This document shows positions 15,701 to 27,700 of a stretch of DNA of 64,000 bases, one piece after another (position 1 is the first letter of the stretch; each line of letters opens with the position of its first letter). Location: positions 1-64,000 of the forward strand of contig JYFJ02001407.1 in NCBI GenBank assembly GCA_000934665.2, given 5' to 3'. The notes below the pieces were generated by a model. The model worked only from the letters and a program-made list of their open reading frames with translations, did not search any database and had not been told where the DNA came from. Position numbers and translations under genes: made by a program. Source of the DNA: Catajapyx aquilonaris. Lineage: Eukaryota.

Positions 15701-18700
15701 TGATAGCTACACAGTTGGACAGGGAAAGTGTTCAAGTTTTATTTCGTACCACCCACCATCCAGTAGCTTTCGTCTCTGGCCGCCAAAGGACAGTTTTTGC
15801 AAAATGGCGACTAATGGTACTGAGAACAGCATCTCTAGTGAGAACAGCATCTCTGGTGAGAAGGCATTTTGAGCGCTGGATTTTCATCAAAATCAGTCCA
15901 TAATCATCGATCAGCGGCACTTCCTCACGAAATTTGGAAAAAAAGTGAATGAAAAGCGATGGATCGGACGTGGGACAGAGACTGGCCAGAAGCTCTTGTC
16001 CTGGGCACCTCGTTCTCCTGACCTAACCCCATCCGATTTCTTCCTCTGGGGCTATGTGAAGGGTAAAGTTTTTGTTCCTCGTCCACCAACGACTATCCCG
16101 GCACTGCAGGAGCGTATCAGAAGCGCCATTGAAAGCATCACCCCTGACATGCTGGGACGTGTATGGGAAGAAATGTATTTTTCGGGTTGATGTCTGCGGA
16201 GTGACAAAGGGCGCACATATTGAGCATTTGTAATGCAGCTAAAAAAACTTGAATAGTTTTCTAATACAACTGAAAAATAATTTTCATCCTGTTTCAAGTA
16301 CTTCATGTGTGACGATTTCTTGAAACCAGGTGATTCATGGTGGGAATAAGTCATTAGAAAGTTGCACCATATCTTCCTTCTCCGCAGTCTATAGAACAGA
16401 ATCATGCTTGTCAGTTCACAGACTTGTGTGTCGTACTGTAATATATTTGATTACCCCCTGTAAGTAACTGTTGGAAAGAAACTGCTTAGTAAGCAGCTTA
16501 GTGCAAAATTTCAGTACGTAAGGAGACTTGGAACATACTTTTAAACTACATAAAAGATAATCATCCTCGCCCAAGGTAGTGGGAATAATCCACTTGCTGT
16601 AACCGAATACAGTCGAAGTCAAAGGTTGAAAATTTTTCTTATGTTCAAAAAAACATATCCCTCCTCCTGCCTTCAACATGCACTTCCATTCACTTCACTA
16701 GTCATAAAATATTAGTGACTTAATTAATATTTTATTAGTTGTGGAAGTGATTGTTCCAGATTAACTGCTAATAATAAGCCACTTAATAATTATCACCATT
16801 TGAAAACCAATATGGATAACTAAGTTTTAACACCCAGTGAATTGGACAACATATTGGATCAGGTGTCCAGGAAAAGAAATAAAAATTACATTTAATAAAG
16901 TAAAGAAATATTAATTAGAACATTTTCATTTACTTCATTTAGCCTACAGGTAGGCCTGCCTTGATGCCAAAACTTGATGAAATTAGCGCAACTTTCCACA
17001 CAGTAGTATAGCCACGTGTAATTGGATAGCAGCAGATAAACAAACAAAAAAGTCATTTATAATTAATGTCAGACAGTTTTTCCCTTTGTTGCAGGTCAAG
17101 AACTCGACATGACAAAAGGTGATTCTGGATCAGCAGCAACCTGAGGGCAGCAACCCAAAGGTATGTGTAAATCTATTTTGAGCTTTTTTTGCTCCCCTAA
17201 AAAAAATGATCACGGACATGTCAGACGAGTTCCAATTTCTCGGTGGCTGGAACATGTTGTAGCAGTGACACGCAGTCGTGCAAAGAAAGTGTGTTGGTAG
17301 GTTGAACAAACTCGGCCCAGAAGGAATCTAATGGCCGACCAAGTGACAGGTGGAGGATAAAAATGGCCACTGACACCGTTGCTAATCAACAGTAGCCCGT
17401 GTGCAAAACGGTAACATTTTTTCTCAAACTCACTCCTCTGCATTTGTCCAGACACACGTTGACGGTGCCGCTGAACAGTACATAGTTGCTCTCAGGAAAC
17501 TTGAAGGCTCTAAACTGTGTCTTCAGAAAGTCTCCGTCTTGGGTCTTGAAGTTCTCGAAGAGATATGGGTCCATAGAACACCTGTAACATTGTTTAAGGC
17601 CAGTCAGGCTGCTTCCTCTTTCTTATGAGATTGGATGAACTTTTGTATATCATGCATACCACGCATGTCCAGCCTAAGTGTACAGGTTGGTAGAAGGGCG
17701 ATAAGGATGTGGATGGTAGTAGCACATAACAGGTTCCGTGAATTTTTGGGATTAGGAGGAATGTTTACCCCCGCTGGGAATCGAACCCAGGACCATTCTC
17801 ACACATTATCGTAGCGAATGCTCTACCACTGAGCTACGGGGATTGATTACTCCTTATATGGATGGGGAATGGTTTGACTTAAATGCGTTTCATATCAAAT
17901 ATAGGAGTTAAAACTTAGATACGTATAATTAGTGGCAGACTTCGTGTTAAGCTTGCATTGAACCGATGTAAAAAAAAAAAACTTCCTGACAAGCATATCC
18001 TGACATATACAACCAGCAGAACATTCTAACTTTCACTTGGCTAGAATGCTAATTGTTTTATAGCGTCACAACACCAATGTCTGATTTTTTTGACATAATC
18101 TAACTGCTATAGGCCTATTAAAACTTTCTTTAAATCGAAATCGTATGTAAGAAGTAAAACCTGTGCATAAAGGACCCTGGATGCTGCAGTCCTTGAGGCA
18201 CCCTTTGTTTGATTATGGTACAGGCCTTTCACTTCTGTCGCATATAACGGAAACAGGTTAAGTACGAAAAGTATATCGACTCCGCTATAGGCAGATTTCA
18301 CTACACTGCACTGGGCTCATGATGAAGATTGCCACAAAGATCCTAGCCTTGCAAATACTCCGTATTCTTCTTTTTTTTTTACATGCTGTTCCAGTTACAT
18401 TGCATCCTATCTACATATACCGTACAAATCTAGTAAGAATAAAAAAGAAGATTTTCCCACCGCGTAAAGCTTTTAAAACAATGGATGTGTAAGATTTTCC
18501 ACGCATACTTTGCGAGCGAAGCGTATTTCTCTCAGAAAGTTGTTTTTATGTCACGTCCCTCCGGCAGGTTAGGCCATTTCGTAATTATAAGCTGTCAGAG
18601 CGATTTAAAACTTCGCGTGTTACGAGATGCAAACCCTGTGCATTTGAGGCCTAATTGTCTAATTGATAAGAAATCGGGATGGTCATTACTAACAAGACGC

Positions 18701-21700
18701 TTCCACCATTCAGTTATAAACCTCTGCACGATATACCGATACTTAAAAACCCGTGCAGTACATGGGAGTACGGAAAGAATAATTATGAGAAATAACCACC
18801 ACCAACAAATCGTGGACATACATGAGAAATCCACTAAGTAGCTTTTTTCTGGTTTATAACCCGGTGAAGTCCACGAGCCAGCAAGCCAGGATTTTCTGTC
18901 TTCACTGGCATGTACACAATTGCAAAAATATTTGCTTTGAATTTGAAACTGGGTTGTGTTTCATTTGATCTCTATTGTAGCAAGCATTATCTGGACTATA
19001 TATCCATGGTCACGAAGCCTATCATGTTCCTGGTCACGTGGATGGCTCCATCCTCACTACAGACTAGCAAGTGTCCACGCGTGTGACCCGGCGGAACAGC
19101 GTACAAAAACGCGTGAACCTCTGCGGCGGGACCTGGGGCAGTGACCTTACCCGTTAAGAATGATGATTTCATTCTGCGCGGCCGTGTCGGTAACCTCCAT
19201 CTGACTGACCAGGAGACCATAGATGGGGGCACTGGTGCTATCCAGATAAATCTCCATATGCAAAGGCGTTCCAGGTTGCACATTCAGCTGTGTACCAATC
19301 AGTCGGCCATTCTGTCTGACATCCACATTCAGGATGGGGTCAGGGGCAGTCCCGACCTTTTCCGAGATGATGTCCAGGTCCCTGAAAGAAGGTGGAAGTG
19401 GTAGCTAAAAAGGCGGAGGTTGGCTTCCTTTGCACCCAACTAAGATCCGCTTGACGGCTCTTTGTTTCGCAGATGAAGGCTGAGCCGGCTGGGTAAGGCT
19501 CTGGAGTGAGACGGATCTGTGGGAATGCGCAGGCGGAAAGGTCGAGCCTCACCTTAGGGTCATTTGGGGCAAAAATATGGATGAAACCTTTTGCCAAGGA
19601 CAGAGGAAATAGGCTTGATTTGCCTTGAGATTTGAGCTTTCGGATGAAACTTTTCAGGGAGGGGGGGGGGGGNNNNNNTTATGGCGCCGGAGTGTCGAAA
19701 GTCCGTTAAATCCCAGTCAATGGGTGAGTTTGCTAGAGGTCAGTAAGCTCGGAATTAAATGGGGCTTACTCATGCGGGGCCTACAGGTTTACAGATACGG
19801 GGAATCATAATATAAAAGTGGTGTGGCTTCTTAGTAAAGGAACGCCCGTTTACGCCTAGACGGGGTCAATTTTAAGGCTCTTGGGTTGATTTGATAAAAA
19901 TTTGAGTCACGCGAAATGAAGGCTTTTTAGAGGAATTAGCTTAATTATTCCTCCTAGTTGATAGATTATTCCATTGCAAGTGGGAGGAAACGGTGTAACA
20001 TGAGAAACCCACGCAAACGTGGATGATAACCATCAGAACTCGTTTCATGGAAAAATCCTCGTCTCAATATTTGTGACCATCGCGGGAAGCTGCATGTAGA
20101 TCTATAAACCCGTTTCTTTACACTTTGTATTGCAGAATAACGAAAAGTGCATCCGCAACCTGTTAATTTTATAGACATGCTATAAATCAGGGTTCTCACG
20201 GTCTTCGTTGTCTTAATGCATTTTAAGTCGCTGGAAGCCCAACTCTAAAATCTCTATAGCGTGAACACAAATGTTTCCCAACATGCATTATCTATATTTG
20301 GCTTCTTCCAGTAATTCATAGGCAGGAGACTAATCACAACGCAATCAACAAGTTATTTGACCCTGTGTAACAACCAAGATTTATTATTTCACAGCCTCGC
20401 TTTCTCACGAAATGCTGAAGGCATACATGCATATTTGGCGGGGTCATTCTTAAAACCTGCCTACCGCGGGGGGAAAAAATCGGATTGAAGGCCACTGATA
20501 ACAAAATAAGAGTGGTCTGAGGCACAGGGATCTTCTAAATTTCACTGAACTGACGTTAACTCTGATCGCATTCATTTGCTGATGTGAAAATGTCTTGGTG
20601 AACAGCCATGTTCCTAATGGTACAACCTCATAACCCTTAGGGGGAGTCAAAGTGGTATTAGCAGTCAATCATGAAGAAGTGAGATAGGAAGAGCTACAGG
20701 GCTCACGCACTGACCACTATAAACATGGACAGGTCATAAATAAAATCGAAGAAGTACATTTCACGGCTGGGACGTTTTTATGGGCACGAGAACACCCTTT
20801 TTTATTGTATCTTACTCTGGCTCTTGAAATCCGGCAGGTAGGATGTCCCTCTTGGTGATGTAGTGTGGGTGGCCCAGGTCACACTTAACCAAGATGACTT
20901 CCTTGGGCATCACGCCATCGTACTCGACTACCACGCGATGGTAAAACACTCGACGACCCTGTGTCAAAATGACGCGGTTTCAAATCCATGCCAATTTTCA
21001 GAAAATCATAAATACTTACCGTCATTTTGTTGAGAATTCGAGTCGTTCCACAGCGGAAGATGTCTTCCAGAGATAACTTAAAGGTTGCTTTACTACCTGT
21101 TATTTCCGGTCGACATGCTGCATCTGCAGGAAGTAATTGTGTTAAAAATGTAAATATGTTTTCAGGTAACAAGATTTGCGCATGACCTACTGTGCTGTTC
21201 AGGAGTGCAATTATTTATTTTCCTGTTTATTTTCTAACAATGTTACAATCAGATTTAGGCGTTTCTGCTTCATATAACGTACAGTTTCCCTTTTTGTGTA
21301 TTTTTCTTTTAATTGCCATTCTCACCCCCCGGAAAAGGTCTCTGGGTCGTTCACCTATCCCTTTTTCTTTAAAAAATAACGAAAATAAAAAGCCCAGCAT
21401 TCATGAGGCGTTTGCAGAGTCATATTCCTATACTATGTAGGTCACGTTTCTCTTGCCAAGCGGAGCAGAATTTTATCTTTCGGGCATCCCTCGGAATGCG
21501 TAACTTCTTGTTCTGCCTTCTGAATACTCCTATTTTAATTTGATTGCTGAACGTTGAAGGCCTAATCGATCCTGAACGGAAATAGCCAGGATTTTTGCTC
21601 GTACTAAATATTTTTTTTGGAAATTAGGGCGTCACGTGATTATGAAAGGCATTCTCAAGAATTGCAATGAACATATCCAAAACCATATAATTTTCATCTT

Positions 21701-24700
21701 TTGGTGATAAAGCCATACGACGAAGTGATGGGGGAAGAAAGGCCAATTTAGTAGCTACTTCAAAGTCCCATATTAATTAAGCCACACTGACAAACGATCC
21801 TACAGTTTGGAAATGTGTGACTATGTTGGGGCCGTTTTATATTGAGTGCAGTTTGTAAGCAGTCCTAAGTCTTAATTGGACCAATTATAATAATTGAAGA
21901 CCTCGGGTGATCAAGGTGAAACTGAGATATTCCTATTTTAAATTTCGAAGACCCATAAGGTTCCTTGTAAGGTTCCATTGTAAATTCCACTTTCGGGGCC
22001 TTCCATTGTGACCTATGATCATTATTCCACAACCACGACCTAACCAGCATATTCTACACCAGTGAAAGTATCTTCTGAGATAATTAGGTAACTCATTTTT
22101 GACAAAAAGTGGACAGTGATCGTTCTTTCCCCGAGGTCTTCAATTAGAGGACAGTCATGGAGAGGGACACTTCTGAAAGTAATTACTGTAGTACTTCTCT
22201 ACTGTAGTACTTCTCTACTGTAGTACTTCTCTACTGTAGTACTTCTCTCAATATACAATTTAATTAGCACCAGTTTCATACAAATACTGTATTTATGAAA
22301 TGCGTCTTTAACTTGAAATAGCAAACTCAAGCAATGGGAACGTGAAATGAAGTGGATGAAGTGTGTTAGGTTGTCATGTGTTAAACCGCTACATATTAGT
22401 TTAATAATTTATTATGCTCTGGTGCAGTAGTTATGGCTTATGCCCACCCCACTGCCTCCTTGGCTATGACCGTCATATTTAATGTGAGACAAATATACGT
22501 CGCAAATTCCTAAGCTTTGCAATATATTGGAGGCATCGTATGTGTGGCTTGTGTGCTATGATACTATAACTTTGAACTCTTAGCTTTCTCTTTGAAGTAG
22601 AATTCCAAGCATACGTATTTTAAAAATAAATTATTACTCGGGCAACAGTGATAGAATAGCCAATAGAACAAGGGCGTAAGTTCTACAGAATATATAATTG
22701 TGAGGGTGCAGAGTACAGTTTTTTGAGTTAAAAGTACATTTTGTTACTGATGTGCCACGTTAGTACAAAATAAATTGTTGACTACCCTTTTATTGGGAAA
22801 ATGTGAGGTTGATGAGCCAAAACCGATACCAGGCAGAGCAGGTGTACCATTAATATTCCCCAAAAGCACCGCGTTATATTGTGGCATTCAATAATTTTAA
22901 CAAAAAAGTAAACGCACTGGAAGAATAAAAAGACTATGTGTCACACTTTGGCCCCAAAAAATATGTTGGAATTATTCTAAAACTTTCTGCAGGAATGTAA
23001 TGGTCCAAGAGCTAAGTCTAGGGGCGTTCGGAAAGTCTTTACCAAGGTCTTTACACTTGAAGAGTCCAGGGGAAAAAGGGGGAATGTCAAATTCCATTGG
23101 GGTTCCTGCCAAGTGCACAGTACAATAGTAGCGTAGGTGCCACTTATACCTGGAGGCTTTCCATGGGTATCATACAAGGGGGACAGTTGCATATAATGAC
23201 GTGAAGATATCCCTATTATTCCTTATACACGTGAAGAAATAAAGCAATTTCTTCGATTTCTCACGAACATTTTTTGTGTGACATTCCCCCTTTTCCCCCT
23301 CGACTCTTCACTTGCTTTTTTGCTAAAGGCCCATGCAGTTCGGCAGATAGGCACACATTATCAATAGAACCTTCCTGGAGCCGAATGCACTGGCACCATG
23401 GATATGTAAACCTCTAAGGGCCGTTTTCTCGAACAGTGGTTCAAATGTAAACCCGGTTCAAAGCCGATTTAAACCCTTGACAACAGCCTAACCACAATCA
23501 AATCAGGGATTAAACTGGCTTTGAACCTGGTTTACAATTGAACCACTGTTCGAGAAAACGGCCCTAAAGGGGGGCCCCAATCCCCATGACATGAACCACT
23601 TGTTGGAGGTTCGGCGCTCTCACTCCCGGACAACTGCTCATATGCTGAACAACTGTCAACAATGTCCTGAAAATGGCGTCGGCGAAGGTTTTTTTTTCAT
23701 GGATCTGGCTTTTGCTGCTTTCACATCCACGGTACTCCCCCGGCCTGGACCCCAGTGACTTTCAACTGCTCGGATCCACGAAAAAAACTCTTCGTCGATG
23801 CCATTTCTAGGACATTGTTGAACATGAAGCAGTTGTCCGGGAGTGGGTGCTCAGCACCTCCAAAAAGTGGTCCCTGGATAGCCTGGAGAGGTTTCCATAC
23901 CCATGGTGCCAGACTGCCAGTCAGCTCCAGGAAGGTTCTATTGATACTCTCCGAATCGCATAAGTGTGAACATATTTTTGGATATCCATACGCCGAAAGT
24001 ACCGATAGTGCCCACCATGCCGCGGGCCATACCGCTTCTCACAAGGAAATGTGCAGTTTGTGTAGCGCTGCAGCTACCGCATGGGCTGCCCATGATAATT
24101 AGGCAATCGAATTACATGTATGTAGGAATCAGAACATGATGAACTTCAAAAAAATTGTAGAGTTGTAAATTGCAACAGTGCAAGGGTTTGGGCTGGTCAT
24201 GGTAGGAGGGGGTCAGATAAGTGAGACCCTTCCTAATCTACCCTCCTTGGGCTTATATCAGGTGGGGTAGTGGGCCATTCTAAACTAATCCGTTAACTTT
24301 TTTAAAGATGCACCTTTTTTGCATTTTTGACAGCAAAAATATGAATTCTAAGGTGTCGAAAACCTATATTTTCATACCTGATTCATACCAGCCATGTCAA
24401 AAGTAGATCTAGCATGATAACTTCAACAAGTTTTCTTAATATACACATGGGTTTCCGTGGGGCTGTTTGTGACATGCCTGGTACGAATCGAGTATGAAAA
24501 GATAGGTTTTCGACACTTTAGAATTCATATTTGCCGTAAAAAAAAATGCAAAAAGGTGCGTCCTTAAAAAAGTTAGCGGATTATTTTAAAAGGTTCACTT
24601 CACCTGTGATAAGCCCGAGGAGGGTAGATTAGGAAGGGTCTCACTTATCTGACCCCCTCCTACTGTGGCCAGCCCAAACCCTTGCACTGTTGCAATTTAC

Positions 24701-27700
24701 AGCTCTACCATTTTTTTTTTTGAAGTTCATCATGTTCTGATTCCTACTATACCAGCACTGTTTCTTCGAGAAAGCCAGCGATACCGGGGACTAATTTTGC
24801 GGCGGCTCACCCCCTCGGGCGTATGTATACCCGAAAAGGTTCGGACTTATACAAATCGGAGAGTAATGTGTGCCTATCTGCCGACGTGCATGGGTCATGT
24901 GTTTTTAGCAAAAAAAAATATATAAATACTTTCCGAACGCCCCTCGTAACTCCCAATCTCATCTAGAACCTCTCATTAACCTTAAATTGTGCTTGATACT
25001 ACGTTCCAGTACAAGAATTTTCTCTAACAAAAACATAACATTGCGAGTGTACAATGGTATACACAAAAAGCAAGCATACCAGTCATCAAACTGTCAGCCT
25101 GTAAAGGGAATTAAATCAACCACGTAGCTGTGATAGGAATTTTAAAAAAAAAGAAAGATCTTGATACTACATGTTGTGAGTCATTCTTGCCTAAACTATT
25201 ACACGCCTACAGGCTACAGCATTTCTTAGCAATTCTGGCACTACGTGTTAAAGACACGAACCATCCACACATATCACATTAACACGTTACGCCCATAGGC
25301 CGAGGGTAGTGCTGAGGGGTAGTACGCCTCGATTGAACCTTTGTGAATTCCAATTATTGCCACGATAATGTTATGTCACTTCATTTACAGGCTGCCTGTT
25401 AAGTAAAATTTTCAAAATACTACTGTGTAATTGAGGCTTTGACACGGAAAAGGGCATAAGTCACAAATGAGGTTTTTAAAGGGGCTAGGCAAAAAAAAAC
25501 AGTTTTGAGAAAGCTGTGAAGCAGATTTTATTACACAAAACTTTTCTTATTGTTGGATTTGTTACACAAATGGAAAGTCAAAGTAAAAGCAGTTTATGAG
25601 TTTAAAATTTAAATGCAGGCTACTTTTATTCTTTTTGTGGCGCATTTCTCACTGTGACTTACGCCCATTTCCATGTCAACGCCTCAATATGTTTCTAGAT
25701 GCATTTTTCAGCATGTAGAATTACTGTACGATGGAAGATATAATTATGAGTAGGCAAATTGGTATTTTAAAATGAACAGTGAATCATTTTGTTAACAGCC
25801 CAAGTATACGACTATACATTTATTCGTTAATATGGATTCAATATTATCAGGCATTAATCCAGGGTGATCAAAAATAACTGGTTCGACTAATAAGGCTAGG
25901 CTATTTGTTGGCGAGAAGATGCTTCTTTTTAGCAGCTATTTTGGCAGTTAATGGAGGAAGCTTTGGAAGATTTTTTTAAGGAATATCTACGTTGTTTTAT
26001 TTTTGACAAAATCACCGCTGGATTTAATTTACCGTGATCGGGAAAATATCTTCCATTATCTTGACGTTGCGACGACCGTTTACCGTCATTGAAATTTTGT
26101 GACACTTCATTGCTTCTAAGGGACTCTTTACATGTGAGCGATTTGACGAGCTAAGCGAAGCGAAATCTTCGCCGAGGCTGAAATTAACAATCGATTTTCG
26201 CCTCAAACAATATTGGTTACTTGGGTTACGTAAGGCGAAGATTTCGCTCGTCAAATCGCTCACATGTAAATGCACCTTTAAAATTGAGCAAGGTGATACT
26301 TTCATGTATGAAATATTTAAGGTATATGAGGGCTTACTAGGAAAGCTGACGACCATACCCCTAATAATAATTAAAACAACGAAATAATTACATATGCGGT
26401 ACTTCTTTGATGCCTTGGAAAATGTTCAAAAAAGCTACATTTACCTTGCCTATACTTTACACCAGCTCAGAGGTGTTCAACTGGTGGTAAGATATTCGGT
26501 ATAAATACAGTACTAATTTATTAGTCCAATGTCTTCCTATATTAATTAGGCCATATCTATCTCGTATTCTGATCAAGTATTCTCACAGAAAAATTGAAAC
26601 GGAAAGTTGTCGACAAAGGAACAGCAGAGAAAAAAGAGCAGTTATAAAAATGAATTTCCGGCATAACACCGTGGGATGCTAGATTTAAAAAAAGTAATGC
26701 CACATGCTTAATCCTTTTAGTGTTTCACTAAAGTTATGCAGAGAGCAAAAGGTTTACGAGACAATAAAGAGGTTGAAGACAAGATCCAAACCTTTGACAT
26801 ATATACCCTGTGCATGAAATGCTATTTTTAGTGTTAAACTCTTCAATAATAAAAACCAATAAAAGAGCGTCATGTTTTTGCATTGCTGTGCTTTGAGAAG
26901 TCATGTCACATGTTCTCAAGTGATAATACTTAATTCTGGAACACAATACGTTTATTCTTGCAGGTCCAGTGTTTTGTATATTTTCAGTGTTGCAAATGAA
27001 GGGCGTTCCCCATTTGCGAATAAAAACATTGGGAGTCGTGCAATATGCTGATTTGTTTTCAGAAGTCACTATCATATTATTACCCAGAGTTGTCCGTTTT
27101 AATATGCGTCCTGTGTTTTAAAACAAATAACGGGCTATCTGTTTCAATAATAATTTTCTGTCATAGATGAAAGGCTGGGCTGTCGCTCCATATTTCATTT
27201 ACGTCGTAAGTATGTTTATTTATCGCACATGGCATGATAGGTGTATTCAGGTGCATGTTTATAATAACATCACAGTGTAAATATTCAGTGTAATAGGATA
27301 TTGTAGTGCTTGGCCTGTTTGGGCCCCGACTTTTGGTGTGTTCCCCTCTTTTCGGAGGCCTGTGAGGGAGGGGAGGGGAGAAAGATGAGAAGGGTGGCCT
27401 GTTTTAGGAGAGGGGGACCCTTCTGAACTGGACCATTTTTGGAGGGTGGGGGAGGCTTGGGCTGCTTTGTGGGCAGTTCGAGCCGAGCCTTGTAAGACGG
27501 TGGAGGCAACTCGGAAATAGAGAGAAAGTGATTAGCAAGCCCCTGTGACATTATTTTACCTGGTCCCCCACCCCAACCACCACCCCCGGTTCCTACCCAT
27601 CAACCTGTACGCCCCAGAGAGCACTACAATATTCATACTGGATGACATACGTGCGTGTTAAACCACCGAATCACATGCCTTTGTGTCTTTAACATGCATT

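Larger units (their letters stand above)
23021..24943. mobile_element. Composite TIR element containing several nested inverted-repeat elements
   Basis: Termini ggggcgttcggaaag / ctttccgaacgcccc; inner arms cggcagataggcacacatta / taatgtgtgcctatctgccg; internal inverted pairs at ~23060-23310, ~23360-23945, ~23595-23870. Confidence 0.75.

Noticed and set aside
17770..17842. Additional tRNA genes at 17770-17842, 43770-43844, 49650-49720 and ~60700
   Set aside because: A/B boxes only; acceptor and anticodon stems do not pair, and two have SINE tails with target duplications.
19657..19680. G-run with Ns (also near 11067 and 34931) as G-quadruplex or regulatory feature
   Set aside because: Ambiguous bases mark low-quality homopolymer assembly; true length is unknown.
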